Made by a program: the position numbers and the translations under genes. The notes beneath the pieces were generated by a model that worked only from the letters and a program-made list of their open reading frames with translations, was not told the origin of the DNA and searched no databases. Positions 1 to 9,709 of a stretch of 26,100 nucleotides of DNA are shown piece by piece. The DNA is from an uncultured bacterium (GTDB taxonomy: Bacteria; Patescibacteriota; JACMRA01): the NCBI GenBank assembly GCA_963784355.1, contig CAWAQU010000013.1:1-26100 (forward strand), in the 5' to 3' direction. Numbering within the stretch: the first letter of the stretch is position 1; every line of letters starts with the position of its first letter.

Positions 1-29
1 ACTGTAGCCCTTGGTTAGACGATTACGTA

Positions 30-317
30 TTGCTAAGAACGGCTGGGACTGACGCTCGAAGCATCGAGGCTCGACACGCTTCCGAACTCGCCGTCTTCGG
101 GCCCAAGCTCCAGCCCATGCGGCATCTGCTCACCTACCAGCCCTTCATCGGCGGGCAATCGCCGCTGTTTGCCGATTATATCCTGTTCGGCGCGCTGCAA
201 TGGGCGAGGGTGGCGTCTCGAAAAGATATGGCCGATGATGACCCGGTCAGCGACTGGTTCAATCGTTGCCTGGATCTTCATGGCGCACGTGCAAGGCAGA
301 CAGCCGCCGCCGCATAG
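30..317 (+). CDS. Glutathione S-transferase family protein, C-terminal fragment (5' end garbled or truncated)
   Basis: [28 protein letters not shown]...[11 protein letters not shown] matches the GST C-terminal helical domain of the alphaproteobacterial type; the first ~25 codons look corrupted. Confidence 0.75.
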   Translation: MLRTAGTDARSIEARHASELAVFGPKLQPMRHLLTYQPFIGGQSPLFADYILFGALQWARVASRKDMADDDPVSDWFNRCLDLHGARARQTAAAA

Positions 318-447
318 GCCGACATTGCGACAATCGCATGAAATTCGTCGCAGGCGCTGGCCGCAGGCGATCGCGCCCCCTTGTTTTCGTGGCCGAAGGC
401 GGCTAAGAGCCGCCCACCCCAAGGAAACCAAGACAAAGGACACAAAG

Positions 448-870
448 ATGGCGATCGAACGCACCTTTTCGATGATCAAGCCGGACGCAACCCGGCGCAA
501 CCTGACCGGCGCGATCACCAAGATGCTGGAAGACGCCGGCCTGCGCGTCGTCGCCTCCAAGCGCGTCTGGATGAGCCGCCGCGAGGCCGAAGGCTTCTAC
601 GCCGTCCACAAGGACCGCCCGTTCTTCGGCGAACTGGTCGAGTTCATGTCGTCCGGCCCGACCATCGTGCAGGTTCTGGAAGGCGAGAACGCCATCGCCA
701 AGAACCGCGAAGTGATGGGCGCGACCAACCCGGCCAACGCCGCCGAAGGCACGATCCGCAAGGTGCACGCCCTGTCGATCGGCGAGAACTCGGTGCACGG
801 CTCGGACGCGCCGGAAACCGCTGCGGAAGAGATCGCCTACTGGTTCTCCGACACCGAAATCGTCGGCTGA
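448..870 (+). CDS. ndk: Nucleoside diphosphate kinase
   Basis: [14 protein letters not shown]...NSVHGSD (catalytic His), 140 aa; AAAGGA SD-like sequence before ATG 448. Confidence 0.98.
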   Translation: MAIERTFSMIKPDATRRNLTGAITKMLEDAGLRVVASKRVWMSRREAEGFYAVHKDRPFFGELVEFMSSGPTIVQVLEGENAIAKNREVMGATNPANAAEGTIRKVHALSIGENSVHGSDAPETAAEEIAYWFSDTEIVG

Positions 871-914
871 TTTAGGGCCTGAGGCATAAGCCTCAACATA
901 TTGATAGATCGGGA

Positions 915-946
915 GAAACCGGGATGCCCAGCATTCCGGGTTTTTC
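915..946. terminator. Intrinsic terminator, probably bidirectional
   Basis: CCGGGATGC-cca-GCATTCCGG stem with A-rich and T-rich flanks, between convergent genes. Confidence 0.7.
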
Positions 947-2380
947 TATTTCGTGCACCTGATCGAAATCGTAGTACAGCGCCGCTGAACCCATCACGCC
1001 TTCGCCCGGAAAATAAAGCCTGCTGTCGCACAGGCGGTCCAGCCGCGTGGAGAAGTCTTCGGCAAGACGCAGCTTCAGCCAAGTCGACGGGACGGAACGG
1101 CGATCAGTTCGCTCAACGCCCGATAATCGCCGCGTCGCGAAAGACAATTCCGCAGCGATCGCGACCGCCTTCTCGTTCCGCTCGTCGAATCACGGACAAG
1201 TCGCCCGTCTTTACCGCGTTCGCCGTTGCGCGCCATGTCGGCCAGTTCACCCGCAGGCTCTCGCCGGCCTCAGGCGGCATATCGGGAAATGCGCCGTCTG
1301 GACTTTTCAGCCATGGCAGGATTGCCTTCAACGGCCAGCATCCAGTTCAGGATCTCGCCGCATTGGTCGTCAGGTGCCGCCTGCCGTAGAAGCCGCTGCG
1401 CGCCATATTTTCCATTGTTCCGCGCACATCTTTTCTGCGGGCTGCAATCTCGCGAAAGGCGATAAGCCAGCTTTCGTCCATGTTGTCCGTCGCTTTGATC
1501 GCGCCTTGGTCGAGAAGCTTGATCAGTGCGTCACTCGCCTTGGCGGGGAAGAGAGGCTCAAAATGGATCGTCGATCCATAGTCCAGCGCCAGCGACGTCA
1601 GTGGCAGGCGAAAGCTCGCGGCATAGACCGTCCGCGAAATATTTCCGAATCATTAGCGAATTGCGATAGTTGCGCGGGTCGGGCAGGGTGGCAGTTCGGG
1701 TGATAGGCTGAAAATGCCAGGAACGTGAGCGCAGGCGGGAAATCCCGGCTTCTTGAAGTTCCGCTTCACATAACTTGCCCAGTCGCTCCGGTCGCCCATC
1801 GAGGCGTAGATGCCGCCCGCCATCGCATAGAGCCCGGCTGCTTCGGCAGCCTGTGCAAAGCGGGCGCTTGTCGGCATCGGGAAAATCCATCACCGCCAGC
1901 GCATCGCCAAGTGGCAGCATTGGTGTCGGGGGCTGTGGTCCTATTGACGAGGGCGTCGATGGCGACATCGAACCGCTTGGCCTTCGCCAATTGCCGGATC
2001 ACCGTAATGTCAAGCGATCCGCTCCCACGGTCTGGCCCATAGACCGCAACATTTGCGCGGCGCCGTCATATCCGTAGCGAGAAATCAGATAGGCCTGCAC
2101 AAAACTCCGCCCGGCCACAACGTCCTGCGCGATCAAAGCCTTGAGGAGGCCGTCGGCCTCCAGCCTCGGTGCCGTTTCCATAATGCAGCGTGAGATATGC
2201 GGCATCCGCGCCATAAGTCGTTTGGCGAGCGTCGGTGAAGGGCTTGCCAGGTCGCCAGCACCAGCCCGGAAGATCGGTGATCTCCTGGTATGTGCGCAAT
2301 GCTTCCCGCCGGCGATGCGCGGGCGTAGAGAACAGGAATTCGTCGAGATCGAAGAGCGAACAGATCAGGCTTGGCTTCAT
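946..2380 (-). CDS. Secreted hypothetical protein, paralog B (~475 codons, many frameshifts; end approximate)
   Basis: Assembled from minus-strand fragments: MKPSLICSL...TPAH signal-like start, METAPRLEADGLLKAL, IRQLAKAKRFDVAIDAL, AEAAGLYAMAGGIYASMGDRSDWASYV, LRVNWPTWRATANAV, LRLAEDFSTRLDRLCDSRLYFPGEG; its ATG overlaps the upstream TGA (ATGA at 2377-2380). Confidence 0.6.
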
Positions 2381-3784
2381 GCCTGCGGCTCGAACCTGAA
2401 CATCGGCGCGGCGGGCATCAAAACCGCTCGGCGGAAAAGGCGAGAAGCCGTTGCATTGGCGGTCGAGCGCTTCGGCAAACGCTTCGGCCAGCCGGATACT
2501 GTCGGAATTCGGCACGGTGCTGGTCAGGAATTTCGCCAGTTCGTCATAACGCCCGGAAGCAAACAGACAGGTTTGCGGCGATCAACAGCTTGTGGCCGCT
2601 GGAACGGAGGCCGCGAGGTCGCCGCCGGCGGCGATCACGGCGGCTGAGTTCCTGCCATGCCTTATACTGGGGCTCGAAATCCGCCGAGGCACCCTGGAGT
2701 TCCGGCGGCCGGAAGCGCCGCCATTGGCAGCGTGCACCTTCAACGCCTCGACTCGCCAGCATCTCGATCGAGCACTCGCGACATTGTCGCCACCGAAGCG
2801 CACGCCCTCACGGGGATGCTCTTGAGCTCCTCGTCCGTCGCCGGCGCGGTTGCCGAGGATTCACCGGCGATCTAGATCACCAGCCAGGCCGTCTCCATGT
2901 CGATCTTGGCGCCGTCGCGCGTCAGATCGTTGATCGCCGCTGCTGCCCGGCCGGCCGCGCGAAAATCGCCGATCTGGTTGAGATAGGTCACAAGATAATC
3001 CGCTCGGGTATCCGCGCTGCGGCGATCGTCGTTTCGTGGATCAGGGTGCGGATCAGTTGTCCCTGCGATCGGGCGGGCGGGACGAGGCAGCGGCGGTTTG
3101 CCCTTCAGCGCCGGCAACCAGTAAAGCATGCCGGTCAGCGTCGGCGCGGTTATCGTCTGCAATGCCGCGAGGAATACAGGCCAGGCGTCTGGGTCGTCCT
3201 GGGTGGCGGCAAGGCTGCCGGCCAGCACATAGAGCTTCCGGGCCAGCGCCTCTTCGCCGAGTACCTTCTTGGACTCGTCATCGACATCGATCACCGACAG
3301 GGCGATGCCCATTTCAAGATCTGCTATGTGTCCTCTTCGGGCAGCGCGGCGAGCTTGTCGAAGAAGAAGGCAACCTCGCCGGAGCGGATCGCGGCCCTAA
3401 GCGGCGAGGGCCGCCAACGGCGCCAGGAAGTCCGCCTCGGCTCCGGCTGGAGCCATTCTTCAGCGTATCCTCGAGTCTCATTGGTGCTGATCTGCCACGT
3501 CAAGAAGCAGCTCACGGGCGCGATCGACCTTGGCATTGGCCAGGGGCTCCACCAGCGCCGCGACCTGCTCGGCGCCCAGCCCTGGTACAAATCTTGAGGT
3601 AGGCCGAGATCGCGCCATGGCGACGGTTCTGCAGCTTCGGAAGCTGGAGCGGTTGGCGATCACATAGTCGGCGAGCAAGCACGATATGCGCCTGCGACGC
3701 GCAGGCCTCCTGCGCGAAAACCGGCCGCAGTCCTACGAACAGCGGCAGGGTCGATCCCAGGAGAAATGCACGTCTCGAAATCAA
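2377..3784 (-). CDS. Tat-secreted hypothetical protein, paralog A (~470 codons, many frameshifts)
   Basis: MISRRAFLLGSTLPLFVGLRPVFAQ twin-arginine signal (TTG 3784, alternative start 3802); fragments EALARKLYVLAGSLAATQDDPDAWPVF and IRLAEAFAEALDRQCNGFSPFP; ends MFRFEPQA-TGA. Confidence 0.6.
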
Positions 3785-3865
3785 GGATGTTCGCCTTTGC
3801 AAAAGCGCGAAGCCTACCCCGGATTCACTAAGGCTTCTCTATGGCGAACCTATAAGGCCGAGGAT

Positions 3866-4388
3866 TTATTTCAACCCCGGTGATGGGTCTAATAATACTG
3901 CCGCACTTCTTTCGGAACTTGATCGAGCCGTCGGGATTGAAGGCCCCGGATTCCGGTCGTATTTCGCACCCTCCACGAGCGCCTTTTCCGGCAGCATGGT
4001 CTCGTCGAGCGTCGAATTCAGCGTCGTGTCGATGGTCTGCAGCGCCTTGCCCTCGGCGCTCTTGAGCGTGATCTTGATCTTGTAGGGCTTGCCGGTGACC
4101 ACGCAATTGACATCCGGGCTCTGGAGATCGATCCGCGTCATCTTCGGAAACACCTTCTGTTCCTTGACGAGCGGCGGCCCGCCGGCGGGGTCTTCGAACT
4201 CGGCCACGACAACGGCATTATCGGGGGTCGTCGGCAGCCGGTTCAGCGTCAGCATGTAGAAGGCGCTCGCCACCCGGATATTGAAGATGAAGACCTTGCC
4301 CTTGATGGTAATATATCTTCGGCTTCGCGCTGGCAACCCGCGACCAGCAGCCGGCCAGAAGAACGGGGATGATCACGAGCGTCTTCAT
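3866..4388 (-). CDS. Conserved hypothetical lipoprotein (frameshifted near both ends; 3' end approximate)
   Basis: MKTLVIIPVLL...LLVAGC lipobox across a frameshift, then KGKVFIFNIRVASAFYMLTL...FEDPAGGPPLV...LQSP. Confidence 0.65.
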
Positions 4389-4948
4389 GGCGACCCCTCT
4401 TGCGCTTCTTCTGGTAGTGAAGCCGCGCCTTGGCGCGGTTGCCGCAGACCGACATGTCGCACCAGGTCCGGCTGCGGTTCTTGCTGCGGTCGATAAACAG
4501 CCATTCGCAATTCGGGCAGATCTTCAGCCGTTCCTTATCGGGAGAAGCGATCAGCTTCAGCGCCGAACGTGCGGTGGCGAGATCGACAGGGCAGGGCTCG
4601 GGATTGCCGGGATGGGCTGCGAATATCAGGGAAAGCCGACCAAGCAGGCTCGCGACCAACCGGTTGTCGTCCATGCCATGAAGCGCGCGATGCCTGAAAT
4701 GCGCGTCGATGGCTTCCCGGAGCGCCAGGAAGTCCGCCTTGCGTTCCTCCGCGACGGGTGCAAGCGCGGGAAAATCCGTCCGCTCCGCCGACAGTTCACG
4801 CGCAGCCTCGGCAAAGGCGCCGAAGCTGTTCCGGCACCGCGAAACGATCGGTCCGGCGCTTCGCGTCGAAGCGCAGGATCACGCTGTTGGCGACATCGAG
4901 CGCGAGAGCGCCGCCGGTAAAGCGATGTGGTGTCCATTGAAATGTCAT
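4385..4948 (-). CDS. CGNR zinc-finger / ABATE domain protein (frameshifted)
   Basis: N-terminal MTFQWTPHRFTGGALALDVANSV and C-terminal LKICPNCEWLFIDRSKNRSRTWCDMSVCGNRAK. Confidence 0.85.
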
Positions 4949-4998
4949 GACTCGGAATTATAACTGGTAAAAAGGATTTTGCCAGTTATAATTTTGCC

Positions 4999-5390
4999 AT
5001 GCTCAGTGACAGCCCAGATCGCCTATTTCCTCCAGCAAATGCTGAATGCCGCGCCGCATCGCGGCACTCTATGCCATGCTGGCCTTCGGCTATTCGCTGA
5101 GCTTCGCGCTGACCAAGCGGGCGGATTTCACGCCCGGCGCGCTCTTCGCTTTTGCCGGCCAGGTCTTCGTCTATTTCACGTCCTTCGGCTATGACCGGCT
5201 GTGGTTGATCTATCCTGCGGCGCTCGCCGTCGGTGCGGCGGCATCCATCCTCTACACGCTGCTGACGGCCGCCATCGTCGGCGATAAGGTGATCCGGCCG
5301 CTGTCGCATATCTCGCCGAATTCGGTCATCACCGCCTCGCTCGCCATCATGATCGTGCTGATGGAACTGGTGCGCATTGCGGCAAGCGCC
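4999..5390 (+). CDS. Branched-chain amino acid ABC permease (LivH-like), 5' half only, cut at the junction
   Basis: YFLQQMLNA..IAALYAMLAFGYSLSFALTKRADFTPGALF resembles the LivH N-terminal motif; frameshifts near 5015-5060. Confidence 0.75.
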
Positions 5391-5400
5391 GAGGATAACT
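5380..5400. other. Junction between high-GC and low-GC sequence (probable chimera)
   Basis: Codon usage changes abruptly within one ORF (gcggcaagcgcc|gaggataactatacc); both flanking genes are truncated here. Confidence 0.9.
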
Positions 5401-5936
5401 ATACCTACGCACTACCTTTGCTCAAAAAGTATAATTTGGTAGGAGATTTTGCTATTGTTACAAGCACAGTGGGTAAACCGGAATATATGAATTGGCAACA
5501 ATTAAATGATTTAAAAAACATTGGAATGGGTATAAGCTCGCACACTTTTAATCACTGTTATTTAGCAGTAAATGTAGATCCAAAAACTGCAACAAAAGGT
5601 CCTTTTGCAAAATCTCCAGTTAACGATAGTCCAAATCAAATATGCCCAAACTTTACTTCAGGCAATCAATTAAATACAGGGCAGATTAGAGGTGAGTTAC
5701 TTAAAAGTAAGCAAGATTTAGAAAATAAATTGAGTATTAAAATCAAAAGTCTTGTGTATCCGTTTGGTAAATATAATGAGCAAGTAATCTCTATAGCCAA
5801 AGAATTAGGATACGAAATTGGGTTTACCGTAGAGCCCCAAGACAAAAAAATGTTAGATTTAAACAAATTATTTGAATTACCTAGAATTAGAATAAACGGC
5901 CAACAGACTGGCGAAATTGTAAAGTTTCTAGAATAA
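5391..5936 (+). CDS. Polysaccharide deacetylase (CE4/NodB), 3' part
   Basis: EDNYTYALPLLKKY (normally follows TFDDG), SHTFNH, YPFG and ELPRI motifs. Confidence 0.88.
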   Translation, partial: EDNYTYALPLLKKYNLVGDFAIVTSTVGKPEYMNWQQLNDLKNIGMGISSHTFNHCYLAVNVDPKTATKGPFAKSPVNDSPNQICPNFTSGNQLNTGQIRGELLKSKQDLENKLSIKIKSLVYPFGKYNEQVISIAKELGYEIGFTVEPQDKKMLDLNKLFELPRIRINGQQTGEIVKFLE

Positions 5937-6041
5937 AAGTATTTTTCTAATTAAAAAAGTGTTGACAGTTTTGCTAAAAATCTTGAAGCATCTAAATAGA
6001 TCCTGAAATTAGGATTTTCAATAAAATAATACAAAACACAT

Positions 6042-6605
6042 ATGTCTACAATTATAGCAACATACAAAAACATGAACGAAGCAAATGCAGTAGTTGATCA
6101 CTTAATCACTAACGGTATCTCTAGAGATGAAATAAGTATTGCAACTTTAGAAAATAATACAACTACTACCAAAACAGCAGCAGGACATGACAGTTCTATC
6201 AGTGGAGCTGTTTCAGGAGCAGCAGGTGAAACTATGTCAGGTGCAGTAGGAGGAGCCACTTTAGGTGGAGTTTTAGGCTTACTTGCAGGTGTAGCTGCCT
6301 TGTCAATCCCAGGTCTAGGACCACTTTTAATTGCAGGACCAATAGCAACTTCACTAGGTTTAGGTGGAATCGCTGCTACAACAGTATCTGCCGCAGGTGC
6401 AGGAGGTGCAATTGGAGGATTAGCAGGATTAGTTGGACATCTTGTGAAAGCAGGTATTTCCGAAGCTGATGCTCATGAAGTAGAATCTACTTTACAGAGC
6501 GGAGGAGTGCTAGTTTCAGTAAAAGACACACAATTAGCAACTGGAACAAGTATACTAGAAGTATTAAATTCTGGAAACCCTTCTAAGTTATTAACAGTAC
6601 AATAG
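6042..6605 (+). CDS. General stress protein (YflT-like N-terminus) with glycine-zipper membrane segment
   Basis: ATYKNMNEANAVVDHLITNGISRDEISI...GGATLGGVLGLLAG...IPGLGPLLIAGP...GISEADA...GGVLVSV. Confidence 0.8.
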   Translation: MSTIIATYKNMNEANAVVDHLITNGISRDEISIATLENNTTTTKTAAGHDSSISGAVSGAAGETMSGAVGGATLGGVLGLLAGVAALSIPGLGPLLIAGPIATSLGLGGIAATTVSAAGAGGAIGGLAGLVGHLVKAGISEADAHEVESTLQSGGVLVSVKDTQLATGTSILEVLNSGNPSKLLTVQ

Positions 6606-6636
6606 ACTGAGTAATTTATACTAAATGATAAATATT

Positions 6637-6657
6637 GAGCCCCCGAAAGGGGGTTTT
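6637..6657 (+). terminator. Intrinsic terminator
   Basis: GCCCCC-GAAA-GGGGG followed by TTTT. Confidence 0.8.
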
Positions 6658-6710
6658 GACATTTTCTGAAATTTAGCCCTAAAATATATTTTAATAATAA
6701 CATTATTCTG

Positions 6711-7622
6711 ATGTCATCACAAGATCATTCTATTGTACTCTATTATAAGTACGTTACCCTACCCGATCCAGAAGCCGTACTCTTGTGGCAAAAAGAACTT
6801 TGCGAAAAAATGGATCTTACAGGAAGAGTTTTAATATCAAAAGAAGGAGTTAATGCAACTTTAGAAGGCAGCAAAAAGAATATTAGAAAATATACTAAAA
6901 TTATTAGTAAATATACTCCATTTGAAAATATTCATTTTAAATTTAGCGACGGTAACGGACAATCGTTTCCTAAATTATCTATTAAATTAAGGGATGAAAT
7001 AGTTAGTACACATTTAGGTCCTAGAGATATAAATCCAATTCAAATAACAGGTAAGTACCTGACTGCCGAGCAACTTCACCAATGGTTTTTAGATAAAAAA
7101 GAATTTTATATTGTGGACATGCGAAATGACTACGAGCAGACTGTAGGATACTTTGAAAACTCTATTTTCTCAGACTTTGGACACTTTAGAGATCTACCAA
7201 AAATACTTAAAAAGCTCGACCATTTGAAACATAAAACAATAGTGACTGTTTGTACTGGTGGTATAAGATGCGAGAAAGCCTCAGGTTTCTTAGTTAACAA
7301 TGGTTTTGAGGACGTTTACCAGCTTTACGGTGGAATTGTCACCTACATGGAAAAATACCCTAACGAGCACTTCTTAGGCAAACTATATGTTTTTGATCAA
7401 AGAGTAATTATGGGCTTTAATACAGATAGTGATAAACATATTATTGTAGGTAAATGTGCTAAATGCGGGAAACCCTCCGAAAATTTTGTAAACTGTACTT
7501 ACAATGATTGCCATAAACATTTTATTTGCTGCACAAATTGTTTAAGTAAAGATGGCAAAGCATATTGCGACACCAGCTGTGAATCTAAAAATGAGCAAAA
7601 ATATAGCTATTTAGAAGCTTAG
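6711..7622 (+). CDS. trhO: Oxygen-dependent tRNA U34 hydroxylase (rhodanese-related, UPF0176/YceA family)
   Basis: LYYKY, GRVLISKEGVNATL, DMRNDYE, CTGGIRCEKAS, LYGGIVTY, GKLYVFDQR and a C-terminal Cys cluster. Confidence 0.9.
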   Translation: MSSQDHSIVLYYKYVTLPDPEAVLLWQKELCEKMDLTGRVLISKEGVNATLEGSKKNIRKYTKIISKYTPFENIHFKFSDGNGQSFPKLSIKLRDEIVSTHLGPRDINPIQITGKYLTAEQLHQWFLDKKEFYIVDMRNDYEQTVGYFENSIFSDFGHFRDLPKILKKLDHLKHKTIVTVCTGGIRCEKASGFLVNNGFEDVYQLYGGIVTYMEKYPNEHFLGKLYVFDQRVIMGFNTDSDKHIIVGKCAKCGKPSENFVNCTYNDCHKHFICCTNCLSKDGKAYCDTSCESKNEQKYSYLEA

Positions 7623-7635
7623 TTAGTCCAGGCAA

Positions 7636-7660
7636 TAAAATACCCTGCTGGTTGCAGGGC
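7636..7660. terminator. Terminator between convergent trhO and GST
   Basis: CCCTGC-tggtt-GCAGGG stem with a T-rich tail on the minus strand. Confidence 0.65.
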
Positions 7661-7691
7661 AAAGAAGTTACTTGTGAAAAAATTGATAGAT

Positions 7692-8285
7692 TTAGCTTGG
7701 ATTCGATTTTATAAAAGCTGGTCTTTGTGTCAATTGGCCTACCCATCTAGCGATATTTTGATAAGGCATCAAATTTACTTTGACCAGTTGTCCAAATATA
7801 ATAATTGAGCCAACATTTATATCAGCGATACTAAATCCTGAAGGCAAAATATAATCTTTGTCTACTAAGTAATCATCTAAAATCTGGAGGTAAAGCGCTG
7901 CTGCCAGCCTAAATTTATCTAAAGCCTCTTCAGGTAAATTATTTCTTTGGCCGTAAAAAAGCTCGCTAAACTGAGAACTTAAGTGAATTAAAGCCCACAC
8001 ACTCCATTGATTTATTAATGATTTGTCTTCCAAGTTTTTGCCGAGCAATTCCGGTTTATATTTTTCTGCCAAGTATTGATTTATAGCTGAAGATTCCCAG
8101 AGCACAAACTCGCCATCTACTAGTGTCGGAACTTTTCCATTTGGATTAAGCTTTAAATAATCCTCAGATTTATTTTCCCTATCTTTTAAACTGATTTCGA
8201 TATTTTCAAATTCCAAACCAATTTCGTTTAGAGCCCAAAGACATCTTGAAGATGTAGACCATGCTGAACCGTATAATTTTACCAT
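7692..8285 (-). CDS. Glutathione S-transferase
   Basis: LKLNPNGKVPTLVDGEFVLWESSAINQYL and FSIADI motifs. Confidence 0.93.
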   Translation of the reverse strand: MVKLYGSAWSTSSRCLWALNEIGLEFENIEISLKDRENKSEDYLKLNPNGKVPTLVDGEFVLWESSAINQYLAEKYKPELLGKNLEDKSLINQWSVWALIHLSSQFSELFYGQRNNLPEEALDKFRLAAALYLQILDDYLVDKDYILPSGFSIADINVGSIIIFGQLVKVNLMPYQNIARWVGQLTQRPAFIKSNPS

Positions 8286-8306
8286 ATAAATATAAAAAGT
8301 TTTAAT

Positions 8307-8336
8307 ACTTTCCTAAATAAAGTTACTTTACAAAGT
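8307..8336. promoter_or_regulatory. Putative operator: two adjacent ACTTT...AAAGT inverted repeats
   Basis: ACTTT-N7-AAAGT (8307-8323) and ACTTT-N2-AAAGT (8325-8336) between the divergent GST and HxlR genes; the region is AT-rich, so support is weak. Confidence 0.35.
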
Positions 8337-8371
8337 TTCAAAAGTTGTCAAATATTTACACATAGATCTAT

Positions 8372-8695
8372 ATGACTAAAGAAAAAACTTGTACACTGAG
8401 TAAAGCCATTAGTTTGGTAGGTGATATGTGGAATTTACTGATTATTAAAAACTTGCTGGATGGCTCAAAAAGATTCTGCCAATTACAAGATAGCTTGGTT
8501 CAACCTGAATCTAATTCAATTATTAGCTCAAAAACTCTTAGCGAAAGATTGAAACTTTTGGAAGCAGAAAATGTCATTAACAGACGGGTTTTTGCAGAAG
8601 TACCTGTAAAGGTTGAATATACTCTTACTGAAAAAGGTCAGGCACTGTCAGGTATTATAGAAGCAATAGACAAATTTGGCAAACTTTACATGTAA
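8372..8695 (+). CDS. HxlR/DUF24 (YodB/HypR-like) winged-helix regulator
   Basis: CTLSKAISLVGDMWNLLII...KRF...ISSKTLSERLKLLE...VPVKVEYTLTEKG. Confidence 0.93.
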   Translation: MTKEKTCTLSKAISLVGDMWNLLIIKNLLDGSKRFCQLQDSLVQPESNSIISSKTLSERLKLLEAENVINRRVFAEVPVKVEYTLTEKGQALSGIIEAIDKFGKLYM

Positions 8696-8700
8696 TTTAT

Positions 8701-9483
8701 ATGGAAAAGTTTTTACTTAAAGATAATCATCAGGAAATTCAAATTTCTAGTACTGGCGCGCAAATTTTATCATGGAGAGTAAATGATCAAAATATTTTTT
8801 ATGAGGGCAGCAGTTATAAACGTTCAGGCATGCCCATTTTATTTCCATTTGCAAATCCTCTAGAAAATAATATTTTTGTGAAATCTAAATTACAAATACC
8901 TCAACATGGCTTTGCAAGAGATAGTGAGTGGAAAATGGTAGACAAAACTAATACTCAAATCACATTTGAATTGAATCAAGGTATGATTTCAAAGGAAATG
9001 CAGCTAGCCTACCCATATGAGTTCAACTTAGAATCAATAGTAACTATAAGCGAAGCCAACTGTTTGGACTATAGTTTAAAAATTTATAATTCAGGAAATG
9101 AACCTTTGCCAATATCTCCAGGATTACATCCATATTTTAGTGTAAATCACGAGAATAAGAAACAAATTAATATAGCTGAAATACAGGATTTTAATGCATA
9201 TCATTTTCCTTGGGATAAGGAACTAAGTGGTGATTTTTATAACTTTGATGGAAAAGCCGAAATTAAATTTTCAAATCAGCAGACAATATTACTGGACACA
9301 AGAAAATCTGAGGTTGATGTAAAATACTTAGTATTATGGTCACAAAATACAAATTACTCTGATTATGATTTTGTCTGCATAGAACCTTTTAGCAGAGAGA
9401 CAAATGCTATCAATACCAACCCTATTTTGATAAATCCACTAGAAACTAAGACCTTAAATTTAAAGCTAGTGTTGAGAAAATAG
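8701..9483 (+). CDS. Aldose 1-epimerase / galactose mutarotase-like protein
   Basis: GAQILSW, GMPILFPF, QHGFARD, GLHPYF and FVCIEP motifs. Confidence 0.9.
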   Translation: MEKFLLKDNHQEIQISSTGAQILSWRVNDQNIFYEGSSYKRSGMPILFPFANPLENNIFVKSKLQIPQHGFARDSEWKMVDKTNTQITFELNQGMISKEMQLAYPYEFNLESIVTISEANCLDYSLKIYNSGNEPLPISPGLHPYFSVNHENKKQINIAEIQDFNAYHFPWDKELSGDFYNFDGKAEIKFSNQQTILLDTRKSEVDVKYLVLWSQNTNYSDYDFVCIEPFSRETNAINTNPILINPLETKTLNLKLVLRK

Positions 9484-9489
9484 CCATGC

Positions 9490-9517
9490 AAAAGACCCGC
9501 TTAAACAGCGAGCCCTA
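9490..9517 (-). terminator. Intrinsic terminator
   Basis: Minus strand AGGGCTCGC-tgtttaa-GCGGGTCTTTT. Confidence 0.65.
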
Positions 9518-9548
9518 GTTTATTATTATTTATAATTTGTTGTTTATA

Positions 9549-9671
9549 CTATTGATTCCCATCAGCTTCTGAACTTGATCCCCCACTGTTTTTATTGTTT
9601 GAACCTTTGCTCTGACTGTTAGAATTAGTCTTACTTCTGATTTCGTCCAATAGTTTTTTGATATCAGACAT
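9549..9671 (-). CDS. Small 40-aa hypothetical protein (not in the supplied ORF track)
   Basis: MSDIKKLLDEIRSKTNSNSQSKGSNNKNSGGSSSEADGNQ*, with a consensus promoter upstream and a terminator downstream. Confidence 0.6.
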   Translation of the reverse strand: MSDIKKLLDEIRSKTNSNSQSKGSNNKNSGGSSSEADGNQ

Positions 9672-9709
9672 AGTATTTTATTTATTGTTCCTTAAAAAGG
9701 TGTGGCTAA

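Noticed and set aside
169-447. N-terminal extension on ndk
   Set aside because: It overlaps the GST gene; the family-typical start with an SD is at 448
2371-3597. 408-aa plus-strand ORF and other long Arg-rich ORFs in 1-5300
   Set aside because: These are shadow ORFs of GC-rich genes on other frames or the opposite strand
5046-5936. Novel permease-deacetylase fusion protein (296 aa)
   Set aside because: It spans the composition break; both halves are truncated and the catalytic TFDDG motif is missing, so it is an artefact of the junction
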